Below, piece by piece: positions 25,610-40,282 of a DNA stretch of 64,000 nucleotides (positions within the stretch are counted from its first letter, which is position 1; every line of letters starts with the position of its first letter). A program made the position numbers and the translations under genes. The stretch is from Octopus sinensis (Eukaryota), in assembly GCF_006345805.1 (NCBI RefSeq), contig NC_042998.1, positions 12,896,001 to 12,960,000 on the forward strand, given 5' to 3'. The notes below the pieces were generated by a model, which did no database searches, was not told the origin of the DNA, and saw only the letters and a list, made by a program, of their open reading frames with translations.

Positions 25610-25960
25610 TCTCTCTTGCCTCTCTTCTCCCTCTCCCTCACCTATCTTCTCCCTCTCTCTCCCTATCTCTCCATTCTTCTCCTTTTCTCTCTCTCTCCTT
25701 TCTTCTTCTCTCTCTCTCCTTTCTTCTCCTTCTCTCTCTCCTTTCTTCTCCTTCTCTCTCTCCTTTCTTCTCCTTCTCTCTCTCTTCTTTCTTCTCCTTC
25801 TCTCTTCTTTCTTCTCCTTCTCTCTCCTTTCTTCTCCTTCTCTCTCTCTCCTTTCTTCTCCTTCTCTCTCTCTCCTTTCTTCTCCTTCTCTCTTTCTCCT
25901 TTCTTCTCCGTCTCTTTCACTCCTTTCTTCTCCTTCTCTTTCTCTCCCTCTCTCTCCATG
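25610..25960. repeat. Pyrimidine minisatellite (about 21-bp unit TTTCTTCTCCTTCTCTCTCTCC)
   Basis: About a dozen imperfect tandem units. Confidence 0.9.
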
Positions 25961-25990
25961 TATCTATCTGTCTATCTTTATTTATCTATG

Positions 25991-27524
25991 TTAGGTCGTC
26001 ATGTATGAAATTTGTAGATAAGAAAACAAAGTTTGCTAATGCTTTATATATAAAAGGAATAGTTTTATTCAAGTATGCACCCTTATTGTCAATACATATT
26101 TAACATGGAACTGTAGACGCTTGGCAATCTAGAGTCAATAAAGTAATGGAAGGCCTGTTTTACAGCATCGATGGGATTAAATTTTTTCAGATCAACAGTT
26201 ATCTAAATTCTGGAAGAAGTGGTTGTCAGTTAGGGCAAGATCCAGTGAATAAGGTAGTTGATGGAGAACTTCCAACTCCAGCTCCAATGCTAACTCCTGC
26301 AGTTTCGCCAATCTCATTTTTGCGACGTGTGGTATGGCGTTGTCTTGCAATAGTATACGAGTGAATCGGTTGACTAATCTACGATGTTTATGTAAGTTTC
26401 TGCGTCATTTGTTCCAGTTGGACGCAGTATACTTCGGCCGTGATTAATGAACCAGGTTTAATGAAATCATAAATGATCACACCTGTGCCAGACCACAAAA
26501 TACACACTATCAATTTCTTTTGATGGATTTTCCTTTTTGGACGGACTTGTGTTGGCTCGTCTTTGTCCAACCATTCTGCTGAATGTTTACAGTTGTTGTA
26601 TTGGATCCATTTCTCATCACGTGGCAATTCGATTCAAAGATGGTTAATTTTTATGATGAGAAAGTATGAATTCTTTTCCTCAACAGGCCCTGCCCTATTT
26701 AACATCGTCCCGAGGGAGATTAAAGAGGAAAAGGATCCCATCAACTTTAAACGGAGTCTGGATAGATTCCTTCAAAGAATACCAGATAAGCCACCCATAA
26801 TTGGATACAACTCACCCAACAAGAACTCACTACTTGAATGGACCATAAACAAAACTTGACTTAAACGGGATTCGAATAATCCTATCAGGGGGTGCTATTA
26901 AGATAGACATGGCCTGGACCAATCTCTGGTCGAAACATATCTAAGTTTTGTCTAAGTTTTAATGCGACCTTCCAAATGTTGCTGCTTTTGATTTTCTTTG
27001 AGTTCATGTGGAATCCACTTATCGAACATTTTCGCTTTACCGATTTGAACTAGTTGAATCTATATTGCTTGCTTTCTAACACAAACAACAACGTTAATTC
27101 ATTTTGAAATGGATCTGTTACGACGGTAGCTTTCAGTTCGACATTATCCGCCTTTGTTTCTGGTCGACCGCGTGAGGTCAATGTTACCAGACTTAAAATT
27201 TGCAAAACAATTTGATACTGTCTGCTGTGTAATAACATTAAAATGAAATATTCCATTAATATTCCGATCTGTCTGTGATGCTGTATTTGCAAGAAAGAAC
27301 TCATATTTTTCAAACTGTAGAATTTCAGGCTTATCCATCTCTAAACAAAAATAGCAAACGCGATATATAAATACTTTATAAAACGCAATATTAGAATAGA
27401 GAAAGCGATGTGTCAGGGTTCTAACAAGAAATATAGATTGTCAATATGTAATAATTGCACAAATTGAGCAGCTTTCAAAGTTTACCATATTATCTTACTA
27501 CAAGTTTCATACTTGACGACCTAA
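25991..27524 (-). mobile_element. Full-length decayed mariner element interrupted by a CR1 3' fragment
   Basis: TIRs TTAGGTCGTCA(A/T)GTATGAAA at 25991 and, inverted, ending at 27524. Minus-strand remnants MDKPEILQFEKYEF...RGRPETK...KWIPHEL...[CR1]...RDEKWIQYNN...LLQDNAIPH...LPYSLDLALTD. Confidence 0.92.
26671..26960 (+). mobile_element. CR1-like LINE 3' end nested in the mariner
   Basis: FFSSTGPALFNIVPREIKEEKDPINFKRSLDRFLQRIPDKPPIIGYNSPNKNSLLEWTINKT*, then 3' UTR and TCTAAGTTT repeats. Confidence 0.92.
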
Positions 27525-27584
27525 TACATACATATATGTATATAAATACACACACGCACACACACGTACACAAACACGCACGCA

Positions 27585-27616
<32 letters not shown>

Positions 27617-28660
27617 TACACACATATATATATATAAATTCAGCAAAAACAATTAAGATTCAAGCTAATTCCAATGAATTCAAATGAATATGGTACTTAA
27701 CTTAGATGCACCAGAATTCTTTATGGTATTAACCATAAAATAATGTGGGGTTATTATAACCAAGAAAAAAGCAACAAGAATGGATTAGTAGTTTAGTACA
27801 ATTGTTTCATACTAAGAGCAATTTTATTTGAAGCTGCAAATATTGCAGCAAATACAAATGTCCAGTATTCATCAGGTAAATCACGTATATGTTTTCCAGA
27901 CATGCTAGAGGGATTGATTATCCTCATGAAGTGTTAGGAGTGAGTTCTATGAAATTTACAGTCAAATTATAAGCAAACCTAAAATGCTTTCTAATGATGC
28001 ACAGTTTAATATGTACATATACATGCACAAACAGGGAAACACATACATATATATACATACACGCACATACATATGTAAGTTGCACTTTCAGTTATCATCG
28101 GCATCAAGTCAATAGGAAAATGCATGAATATCTCAACTTCTCTGTTTCTATGCAAGAAAGAATTGGCTATACAATTATATCATGGTTTACAGCAGCGTAT
28201 TTTCTTTGCTAATATTGATAATCTTCACATTCTCCTATATATCTGAAATATTTTACTATATCACAAGAAAAAAACAAACAAAGCATAAAATTTCAGTTTA
28301 TAAACTTGTTTGTAGCGAGAATTGTAAAGAACAGTTGGGCAATGAACCAAATACGGCAGAGCTTTCTTGAAAACTGCCAAATATAAGTTGGAATTTTCCG
28401 TAAACATGTAATGTTTTGTATAGATGTTTAAGCAATTAATTGTCTGTGATTTCACCGGATGTTTTGGCAAAGGTTTCAGCTAGTTTTCTTTTTCTCATTA
28501 TTTTTTATTACGCCAAGACGTTTAAATGCAACGTTTTCCATAATGTTCTTCCCCATATAATATATATATATATATATATATGTGTCACTTTGTGAGTGCA
28601 ACTCACATTCTTTCCTTTCCTGTATAGATACATATATATATATATATACATACATACATT

Positions 28661-28713
<53 letters not shown>

Positions 28714-28974
28714 CTACAAACGCATATGCGTTTAATAGTATACAGTTACGGCTATATCTGTTTGTGTCTGTGTGACTGATTACTGTCAAGATTTTCGATG
28801 TTATGGAAGGCAAATGAAATGAATATTCCTACAACTGTGCTGTGTCTATTAATTCCTACTCTTTAGTCAAAGTTGTTTAAACGCATGTGTTACACAAACT
28901 CGTATTATTTTATATTATAAGGACATTTTCGTTATTACTCTTTATATCCAAGTGCATGTGGTTTGTCATCCCTT

Positions 28975-29161
28975 CATCGTCGTCATCGTCATCGTCGTCG
29001 TCGCCGTCATCATCATCATCATTATCATCATCATCACCATCATCATCCTCATCGTCGTCGTCATCATCATCATCATCATCCTCATCGTCGTCGTCGTCAT
29101 CATCATCATCTTCATCATCATCATCATCATCATCCTCATCGTCGTCGTCGTCATCATCATC

Positions 29162-29193
<32 letters not shown>

Positions 29194-29455
29194 TATCATC
29201 ATCATCATCATCATGTCATCGTCATCATCATCATCATCATGTCATCGTCATCATCATCATGTCATCGTCATCATCATCATGTCATCGTCATCATGTCATC
29301 GTCATCATCATCATCATCATTATGATCATCATCATCAACATCAACATCATCATCATAATCAGCAGCAGCAGTATAATAGCAATAATAATAACAACAGCAG
29401 CAACAATAATAACTATTATTATTATTATTGTTGTTATTACTATTATTATTATTAA
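28975..29455. repeat. (CAT)n/(CGT)n then (AAT/ATT)n trinucleotide microsatellite
   Basis: Direct inspection; explains the poly-S/H/I ORFs. Confidence 0.95.
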
Positions 29456-30010
29456 CACAACTGTAAGAACAATGCTGTTTACAAGCTGAACATTAGTAAT
29501 ACAGTGAAGAACAGTCTTTCGTTCACAAGCGCTGTCGAGGGATGGAACAAACATTCCACTGAAGTCTAAACATGATTTCTTTGAAGACTCTACATGCAGC
29601 ATTGTGCAAAGCACATTGTAACTATGATTCTGGTTTAAACTTTCTGACACTACACAAACACACACACACACAAACGCACATACACACACACACACAAACG
29701 CACACATACACTCACACACATATTTGTATGTAGGGATGGTCATTTTACTGGAATGGAATACACAGAACAAGAGCAGTCACGGAGACGGAAAGTGTAGCTG
29801 AGGGGATCACAGATGTGAGACAAAAGATTTCTGGACAATGGTCATGAGTTAGAATAAGAACAGTAATAAACGAGTGAAGAACAAATACATAGTGTGTGTA
29901 ATTATTTGGCAAATAAGAAGGAAAAAATCACCATCCCGAAATACAACAATATTTGTTTCAACACACGACTTCAGAACAGGTATCATGCAGCATAAATTCA
30001 TAAATGTGTT

Positions 30011-30111
<101 letters not shown>

Positions 30112-30130
30112 ATGTGTGGAATACTCAGTA

Positions 30131-30321
30131 TACTCTTTTACACTTTTACTTCTTTCAGTCATTTGACAGCGGCCATACCGGAGCACCGCCTGTAGTCGAG
30201 TAAATCGACCCCAGGACTTATTCTTTGTAAGCCTAGTACTTATTCTATCGGTCTCTTTTGCCGAACGGCTAAGTTACGGGGACATAAACACACCGGTTGT
30301 CCAGCGATGCTGGGGAGACAA
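30131..30321 (-). mobile_element. SINE family 1, 3' module only
   Basis: Matches the 3' half of 48116-48556 and stops where the internal microsatellite would begin. Confidence 0.9.
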
Positions 30322-32614
30322 TCTTTCGGAGAATTAATTTACTTTGCTCATACTGTTTCTGTAATGGAAGATATCTACGTAATTGAATTAAAGTTCTTTA
30401 ATAAGATAACGTCGAAATCAAGTGATTATGTTGATATTTCAATGTTTAAACTTAAATATCACAATAATTTTGTTGATGTTTTTGTTTGATTATTCGCGTT
30501 CATTGTTCATTATTTCCCTTGAAGTGTATAAGCATCTTCAAACACCAATGAAGACGAAATTTTGTTTTAAAATTTGCTAACTATTGAAATTGTTTTTAGA
30601 GAGAAAATTTCTATTAATTTATAAATACGTAGGAATTATTCTACTTTTTATTTTTTTCCCACTCCACTGGATTAAAGTAATTATTAAATTCATTTGATTT
30701 GAAAGGAAATATGAATTAACGTAAAAACAATAGAGATTGGTGCTAAAGAAGTATTAAAGTAAATTTTGCGTTTCTTTTCTTTACGAATTAAGAAACACGA
30801 TTAGTTCACTAAACACACAATTACACAGTATTTAATAGAATAATTACCAAGTGAACTGTAAATTGAAGGTTACATTGAATTATGACGTCTTAGTGCAAAT
30901 TTCTTGAACGTGTGTTTTCAGTTCTAGCGTATAATTTCTTCGTGATGTCCACAAGTATAATAATGAATATTCAATTATTCTATTTATCTTGTTCTATACT
31001 TGAATGCCTAATGCCTAATGAAGAGTGTCGATTAAAAACAAAACAACATGAAAAATACATATGTTAGCTGCGTGTACAGAGTAACCATATGCTTGTTTGA
31101 TACAAAGAAGTAAATGATTTCTTACACTGTAAAAACAAATGAATTAATAATGAATATTTTTTTGTGTAGATTTGTTTAGATCAATTCATAAAAATGGTTT
31201 ACGATATTTGGAGAGGCTTCAAAATATACAGTGATTTCAATATATAATAAAACATATGAAACAAAGATGGCGTATAAACTAAAAAAAAAATGATTATATA
31301 TTCGTCACCGGAATGTAAGTGCGAACCTATTGATTGATATTTACCTTCATGCATACACTGCTTGATTAGAATATTGTGTATTGAAATAAAGAACTGTTCC
31401 ATAATTTAATATACATTGATTCGTCGTCAGTAACTACAGTGAACAGTTATTTAAAATAAAATCTAATAGAAACCTTACTACATTATTAAGTCATATACAT
31501 TGACAGCAGCAATGCCTTTGAGACACAGACATTAAATTGGTTTAAATAAAGCGAAAAATTAGGGTATTTATTGCTAGTTTATTTTCAATATAAAATCTCA
31601 TTCAATATACCGATTCACAGGGTTGAAAAGTGGCGGAAATAAATCTGATTAGAATTTTAAAAAACGTTTTGCTTGATATATTAACATTGGTTCCCGCATG
31701 CCAGTTGAATTCTAACGAATTACAGCAGCGAATTTTTCATTTCGCATGATTGAAATCGAAGGATGACAGAACGATATTATAGTAAAGACATGGATATCGT
31801 TCATTGAGATTTTACTTATGTGAGACGATGTTAGTGCATGTTTCTGTCTCCTTTCAAAGTGCTGCTTGAAAGTACTGTGTTAGAAACAAGAATCAATTTT
31901 TTAGAGCAGTGAATTACAGATCGCACCTATAGAGAAATTTAAGTATCAATAAATTATACAAGGATAACTAATGTATGGAAAATTCAAACTGCTTATGATA
32001 ACCAGGGTGAGGGAAAGATAATACAGAGGCGAAACTCATAAAAGTAGGCAACCGGAAAGCCGGAGCGAAATGAGTTTAAATAACAGAAAAAATAGATGAA
32101 TGTATACCCAACGAATACGAACTTAAGTTGAGCAATTTCACCATCACTGCTGGATGTTTTTCATCTACTCCTGATGTACTTCTTGACATTTGTGCACTAT
32201 ATGACCTTCTCATCTGCTTTCATAAGACAGATACTGTCGTATTAAGCTTCAACAGTACACCCGCGGTATGTAAGAAGTGTATATATATATGTAGATGTAA
32301 AAGTGTATGTTACATATATATGTATATATATACATACAACATATATATATATATATATACATAGTTGTATTTTATTAATTTTACTCATGTATATGAGTTA
32401 AAGTAATAAAATAAGAACAGTAATAAACAAATGAAGTAAAACATTTAGTGCGTGTGTTTGTTTGCATGAAAAAAAAACAATGACCTCTCCGAAATGCAAC
32501 ATTATCTGTTTCAGTACACGATTTCACATTAGGAATCTTTCAAAACGAATTCATTAACACATGCATGTATGCATAAATATCTATATATATATATATATGC
32601 ATACATGCATATAA

Positions 32615-32648
<34 letters not shown>

Positions 32649-32649
32649 T

Positions 32650-32698
<49 letters not shown>

Positions 32699-32717
32699 GT
32701 ATATATATGTATATATG

Positions 32718-32767
<50 letters not shown>

Positions 32768-34220
32768 TTATATATATATATATATATATGTATATAATAA
32801 AAGTTCAGGATTCAAATGAATCAGGTCCTTAAATATTAAAGCACCAAGGCCGGGTTAATGAAATCGCTTTCGGTTACAAAGAAAGATTAAAGAAACATAT
32901 ACGTACATACCGAAGTAAAGACAGATATATATTGCGGTTGCCTATTCATTCACAAGAGTTCGGCAGAATATACGGCGAGTCTCGAGGCTGCACCTAGGTA
33001 CAGTCACTGCACCAGTTGTACTGCACTCAATAGACCCCAGATCCAAAGTAATTGCAGGTTCCGTGTACGGTGAATTATAGATAAAGAACAAGAGATGGAT
33101 ACTGGTTCACTCACTACAGCTACGGCAGACATTTTTTATTGATGAATAGTGTTATTACATCATGTGAAAAAATCGTTTTCATCAGGTGAATATATGCACG
33201 AATAAAATATTCAGAAAAACTTTCCAGGAATTCAAGTATGTGCCATTTCATGATTCCGTGGTGAACTTTAATATATTTATTTACTGAATTTTAAATATAA
33301 ATGTATTATTAATGCATGTCAAAAGTTGTGGAATCACTGAACAGATTTCTGTATCGTAACATTTACTTTACAAGGGAACGGTTGATAGTAATATCGAAGT
33401 TATGTCAATTTGTGAAGCTGCTAGCTTCCATCGCAAAACTAACAAATGGAGAACAACGAAAAAATATATATATATATGTGTGTGTGTGCGTGTGTGTGTG
33501 CGTGTGTGTGTGCGTGTGTGTGTGCGTGTTTGTGTGCGTTTATGTATGTGTGTATGTACGTGTCTATATGTGTGTATACAGACACACACATATGCGTGCG
33601 TGCTTACACACACACGCACTCATACACATATATGTAATCAAAACGATTGATATAAAAAAGTATCATAAATATATGATACAATTGCTCTACTCTTCCGTCG
33701 GTGAGTGCTACTCGAAGACGCGCCCGATCTCCAACTCAAAATTTTACATAAAATATTTATCTATACATGCAACTTTCATAAATTAAGTTAGTAATGGGGG
33801 GAAATATCCAACACTGAGATCATTATGCAATCATATTTGGTTGGTCCATTTTCAAGGTACACAATATTTCAGGTTGCCATACTCGATATCAATATGGCAA
33901 CGTTACATTATTTCCTTCTGCTATGCATGGTATATCTGAAGTAGTTATATTATCTTCATATTATACCGAGTATTGTCGTTTCTATTATCCACTGTATTAT
34001 ATACGGTATTAATGCTTACTAAATCATTTTCCCTTCTGCTTGGTGCGGTAATTCTAATCTTTATTTATTTTCCCTATACAGTTTATTACAAGTTTTAAGG
34101 AGTAATTTTGGTGGGTACGGGGACCTGTTTTTCTTTATCATAATAAAAGAGCGGTCTCCTAAATGAGAATTTGTTTACTCAGAAACACATTGAAAAATAT
34201 TCAAAATTATGTACAGTATA

Positions 34221-35038
34221 TACTGGATGCGGTGAATAAACAGTCTAAATTACACAAAAATGAAAATAACACTGACATCTCATTTTAACAGATATATTTA
34301 CCAAAATTATATAAAAGTATCTTGAAGTGCTAAAAAATAAATTTTTTCTATAAAATTGCCATTGGCTTCAATTACGGCCTCCAAACAACTTCAGAATTTC
34401 TTGCAACTCTTCTAGATGGTCTCCTTGTTTAAGTTGGGGAATGCTCCCATAATCCTTGCCTACAGTTCAGCCTTGGTGTTACAAGGAATTTTGTTGGTCT
34501 CCCACTGAACTGTACTCCACACATGATTATCAAGGGTTTCCAGTCTGGGGTGTTGGGTGGCCAGATTTCAGGGGTGGTTTGGTCGCCGAAATTGTCTGAC
34601 AACCATGACCGTACTCTCCTGCTTTTGTGACATGGTGCGGAGTCCTGTTTCCAAATGTAGGAATTTCCAGCAACCACCCTCTTGATCCAGAACCTCACAA
34701 CCTCATCAAGGAACTTGATGTAGGTCTCTGTGCTGAGTTTGACGCTGTGTGAAAAGATGAATGGAAGCATAACATCACCATCACTAATGATCACTCTGTG
34801 TTTTTGGGACGCGTCAACCACTGAAACGTTCGTATTGGTGTTTCTGGTACGAATGCCAAGCAGTATAGCATATTGTTTCAAAATTTCTGTCGAGTAACTT
34901 GCGCCATGGGTTTTTTTTCTAAGAGACCTTACTAACTGACCTTACTCTACTGTGTTGTAACCAAAATCAAAAACGAACAATGCACATGCGCGAAACTAAA
35001 TATATAAGATGCCGACAATTTACCCATCGCACCCTGTA
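34221..35038 (-). mobile_element. Internally deleted Tc1/mariner-superfamily element (DD37D/maT-like) with TIRs
   Basis: ORF 34429-34881: VIISDGDVMLPFIF...WKQDSAPCHKS...WLSDNF...IWPPNTPDW. Diverged TIRs TACTGGATGCGGTGAATAAA and TTTACCCATCGCACCCTGTA. Confidence 0.85.
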
Positions 35039-35893
35039 CGTATACAGAAGCACTACTTCTTGCAGCCGTTCTGGTACTTATCTTTATGTAACATAATTTC
35101 TCACAGCAAAAAACAGCGAAGAAATAGTTGCATTAATTCATATATATGGTATAAATGCTCTTCTATGCTGCCTATTTCTAGCCTTGATTATTTCGCTGTT
35201 TTATGCAATATAGACATTTCAAAAATAAATTGCGCTTTCGCTGTGTTCTTGCTTTATATTTTTTTTGTTTTTACAAAGTATCGTCAATGACATATCTTCA
35301 CGAACTGAATTTAAAGCAAAGATTTTGTATTGCTACATCTTTGATTAATCGAAAAGAGCATATCAGATTCTAACTTACACATATATTGCACTTAGGGAGA
35401 ACGTTTCTGTACATATTCTCGCTAGTGAATTATTTAGCGATTATCGTTAAGGAATATAAGCTAGTGTCTGGTTTATCTTGATAGTCTTTCCTCTCTTTGT
35501 TCTCTCAATTTACCGGTCGACAGTTTCTCATTGATGTATAGTAACGATAACCGGGATGTCAATTCAGTTAATTACTGTTAATACCGTGAAGTCATCTGAC
35601 CTAATTGGTCATTACATTAATATTTGTAATTCTTTTTGTATTTAATTCTTCTAATTTCCCTTCATTTCTTATGATAGTTCGATACGGCATCAAACGGTGG
35701 AGGTCACCGGCTTTTTCTTGCAGACAAACCTGTCATGTTCGGCACAACGATTTTAATTTTGTTTCTATTTATATCTTACTTTGGATGTTACATACCTGCA
35801 TTACTCAGTCACGTGTAATTCATTTGGTTGTTACTTGCATAATTATAAATATTTTGTAAAACACAAAACGTGAAATTAGAGCCAACTGTTTCA

Positions 35894-35966
<73 letters not shown>

Positions 35967-37949
35967 TATATATATGTATATTTATACATATGTATAGCGC
36001 AGTTAATAACCTAAGTTACAATGATGTGAAAAATCTACATTGAATATTGTATTATACATTAAACGAGGCAGGTGTAACTTTTTGATCGTCAAGGTAAGTT
36101 AAAGCATTTTAAAATCCATAGTGCATGCATGCAATGTAACTCAATTAGGATTACTCACTTAGCTTTCGTGTCTCTAGATAACATTTTAAATTCAATTTGT
36201 TGAGGTTTATTTTGTTCTCCACTGTACATATGGTTACATTTCTAAATGTAGCTGCAGACTAACATGAATCTAAATAATATGAAGTTATCTCCAATAAATA
36301 AAACACAATGTCAATACTGAGGTGTTGTTTTTCTGAATATTGCGGTAATAAATTGATATATCAAATTACCATCAACAACAGACAACCAGTTATCCATTCC
36401 CCCCTCATTCTGCTTAATCATACAACAAACTCAGCACTAAAACAAAACTACGTACAGATGGTTCTTGTGTCACACATATAAACCATTTATAGAATGTTGT
36501 CCATCTTTATCAAGTATCTTCATGAACAGACACGAACTTCTATCGAATCACTAAGTCTTCTGAATAATACGAATGAAATTATTCAAGTCTTATCTAAGTG
36601 TCTTTTTAGCATCACGAATAAAGCTGTCTGTTGTGGATTCAAAATGTGTTTATTATTTAATAGTCACAGAAGCAATGAGTTGTGAATTATATATGCACAA
36701 CAAACAACATTCACGAAAGCAATTAAATTGTAGACATGATGTCTATTTAGAACATATTAATAATACTGGTTTCTTATTTAGGCACAAAACCAATTATCCA
36801 GTAAATCATATGCGTTTGAATAAATGCTTGTCTTTTATTGATACTTAAGAAACCAAGAAAGAAGAAATGGAGAACGAGTGAGAAAGAGAGTGAGAGAGAG
36901 AGACACAAAGAAAGAAAGAAAGAAAGAAGGAAAGAAAGAAAGAGAGAAAGAAAGGAAGAAAAAAGAGAGAATAGTATAATTGATTCGACTACGAAATTAA
37001 ATACTCTAATGCATCACATCTAGTAAAATAGGACATGGCGCCAGAAAATAAAATAGTTTCAACCTAACAATGAAAAAAAAAAAAAGAACAACGTCTTTCA
37101 TTCCGACGCGCGACAGTCGTTCTATTTATTCATTTGTTAGCCATGAGAAGAATTCTTGTGCACTATCAGTTTATTTCTATGAATTTATATATATATAAAT
37201 TCAAACCTTTTCCGAGTAAAATAGTTTCTCTTGGTACATCACAAAACAACGACAATCTGATTATGTTTACAGAATGTAGGCACTAAAACTTTCTAGCCCT
37301 TCCTCGTAAAAAACTTCTTCATAATTTTGATACCTTTACAAATTTTGCTTGAAAATTGAATGACAATTTACGCGGGCTGTCAGGGACTGATGAACACCAA
37401 AGTCAGTGATGTTAAGCTGGAATATTTTTACGTGGAAAGTTCGCAAAAATAGGGATTTTAAAGAAACATTACGGGTCCCTGAAATAGGGTGTGGTGAAGA
37501 TATGACACCAGCTATAAGAAGTGGAAGTGATACCATTGGTAAAGAGAGCGTAAGGGAAATGTAGACCCGATGTTTTAGTGTTTGGAGAGTTTTAATTTAT
37601 TAAAATATCCAGTTAACATTATTTACTATATTAGCTCAGTCATTTATGTGCCTAAGCACACTTGCCCATTCTGACACTATCTGGAGCTTTTCGAGTGTTA
37701 AACATATCGAAACTAACGTAGTATTGCCCACTAAGAGCCCTGTTAAACAAAGAATTACCTCAAAATCTAAAGGCTAGGTACATATGAAACTTTGTTGGTT
37801 TTATTTGCAAAATCAACAGGCGACGTTCTCTGTGGGACACTTCCACTATAGTTCAGGCTTCCGCCACTAGAAACCAGTTGATGTGACCGACAGTCATCAG
37901 TCTCCTTACCGGTGAACTTCTCTGTAGTCTTACTTCCACGTGGTGTGGC

Positions 37950-38579
37950 TTTGTTTTGTAATGCTTCTCTGTTCGGCGATTTTCGTGAGGCTGAAACGAA
38001 GGAAGAGATTCCATGAAATTCTGTTTTCTCCCGGCGAAGATGACGGCAAAAACAATTGTCATGCTTCAAACAGTTTATAAGGAAGCTGACATGTGCAAAA
38101 TACACGTTTACGAGTTATTTTTACGCTTTAGGAATGGTCACCTTTCGCTTAAAAACCAACCTCCTTCAGGATGACCGTCGACCTCTCGATCGAATGAAAA
38201 CATGAAATTTCATGAACTGTTTTCGGAGGACAGTCACCGAACGATTGTCGAACTTGTTGATATGAATGGTGTGTCATGGAGCTCCTGCCAACGAATTTTG
38301 AACGAGGGATTGCGACTGAAATGAGTTACAGAAAATTTGTGCCTCGCTTGCTCACGGAACATCAAAAGCAGTGAAGGGGTAAGGAAAAAACGGTGGAAGC
38401 GTTAAAAGGCATCACTTTGCAAGAGTTCCAGCACTGCTTTGAATAGTGAAAAACGCACGTGGACCGATGCATTGCTTCAAATGGAGAATACTTTGAAGTC
38501 GATAAATGTGTAAACATGTAAAATAAGTGGATAAAATAATATTCTCCAAACTCGGGTTTCTTTTGGGTAGCCCCACGTA
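37950..38579 (+). mobile_element. Decayed, internally deleted mariner element with 3' TIR
   Basis: KFCFLPAKMTAKTIVMLQTVYKEADMCKIHVYELFLRFRNG...PSG*PSTSR...GVSWSSCQRIL jumps to the C-terminal FQHCFE*...DRCIASNGEYFE. Ends ...CTTTTGGGTAGCCCCACGTA. The 5' TIR was not found. Confidence 0.8.
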
Positions 38580-40050
38580 ATTAATTTCTATGAGCAGAAA
38601 TAAAAGTGTGACCAACAGTATATACTGCATTTGAAAATCAGTACCAACAAACACATGATACGGGTCTATATTAAGATAGTAAGTGACCAGGATCTAAGCA
38701 TTGCAAAATCTTTGTTCATTTTTACATAATCTGCGTATCAATGTAGGCTAAATTTGATTAAAATGCATATCTTTTTTCTCTTATGAGCATGAAATTTCAT
38801 CTGGTAAAATTCAGAATGCAATAATCCAGGTCACAATACCAAGCCTGAACAAATTAATTTATCACCACAATCAAACCCTTGACCCCCGAATAGCTGTTTC
38901 ACCGAAACTCTGCAATTTCAATATCCTGTTAGCGGAATTGATAAGCATGATAAGAAAACGTGCCCCGCACGTTGGATTCAACGGAATCAGAGAGATATAT
39001 ACAACATTTCATTCACAGCAAGCAGATCTCTGGATACAGACAGGAAGACAGAATTAGGGTGCACAAAGGACGTGTGGCAAAATTCAAGAGCATCTTAGAG
39101 AATGATGCAAATGTAATCCGTTCGATGTATAAGAGCAGAGACAGAACAACGAGGAAGATAGGTAAGGTCAACTCTTGGTATGACAATAAAAATACCAGAG
39201 TGTAATGTTTTTCCATGCTATCATTTTAGAAAATCCTTAGATAAGAATTAGAATATTAAAATGGCTGAGGAATCCTATAAAATCTCTGATCGAACATACC
39301 CGTTTGAAAGAACCTGCTGTGCTGATATCGGCTTTATAGTCGCGGAGTAAGCCCAAGATAAACTTTAAAAATACGTAAGTAATCTATAGTATAAGATGTA
39401 TATAGGGGTGGTGCAGAAGGAGCAAAACGACATACGTAGAAGAGGTAACTGGTAGCCTAGGTGACAGGATGAGTTAACACTGGCCGGAGATCAAGGAAGT
39501 GCTATAGTATTATGCTAAACTAGATCATGTGGGCTGGGTAGAGAACATAAATGTTAGGATCTTTTTCAGACGCATTCAACATACACAACAATCGAAGACT
39601 ATACACATAACAGAAAATTGACTGAGACTCAAGAGAAAAGCGAATTCTGTAGCTTCACCTCATAACCCTCAACACGACAACTAAAAACACAAACATATGG
39701 TAACAGAGGTAAATGCATGCGCATATGGAGATACATACCACAGAAAGAGATGACAAAACCTAAGAGAGGAAGAGATACGAGAAACAGAAATTCACTGAAG
39801 AGAACACAAGATCTATAACGAAAGAACTTATGAAATTAAATAATAATAATGCACCTAAAGTGAAGATCAAATAAGCAGTGCGTGTATTTACTGGCAATAA
39901 AAACTGACCTTCCCCCAATATAACAATATCTGTTGCTACACACATTTTCACATCAAGGATGTAGTAAAACAAATAAGGAATCATATATAGTATTTCTTTC
40001 ATTACATAATGATATTAATATTTATAATTGTTATAATATTTAAAGTTCTA

Positions 40051-40282
40051 ACGCGGCGAGGTGACAGAAACGTTAGCACACCGGGCGAAATCCCTAGCGG
40101 CATTTCGTCTGCCGTTGCGTCCTGAGTTCAAATTCCGCCGAGGTCAACTTTGCCTTTCATCCTTTCGGGATCGATAAATTAAGTACCAGTTACGCACTGG
40201 GGTCGATACAATCGACTTAATCCGTTTGTCTGTCCTTGTTTGTCCCCTCTGTGTTTAGCCCTTTGTGGGTAATAAAGGAATA
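40051..40282 (+). mobile_element. tRNA-derived SINE, family 2 (Nin/Deu-like central domain)
   Basis: B-box-like GAGTTCAAATTC, then AGGTCAACTTTGCCTTTCATCCTTTCGGGATCGATAAATTAAGTACCAG, which resembles the Nin/Deu-type motif GACTCAGCCTTCCATCCTTCCGAGGTCGGTAAAATGAGTAC (recalled, not searched). Confidence 0.8.

Noticed and set aside
32960-33000. Extra exon candidate (CACAAG|AGTTCGG...CCTAG|GTACAG)
   Set aside because: Its phase-2 end does not fit the reading frame that gives the hydrophobic terminal exon, and the splice signals are weak.
37381-37482. C/D-box snoRNA-like arrangement (CTGATGA ... CTGA with CAGGGAC/GTCCCTG complementarity)
   Set aside because: The complementary stretch overlaps the boxes instead of flanking them, and there is no recognisable guide. 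There is also no GAAA at the position needed for a hammerhead.
38700-39620. Purine-rich coding-like stretch, possibly an old L1/Tx1-type LINE
   Set aside because: No diagnostic RT or endonuclease motif could be read in any frame, so it was left unannotated.
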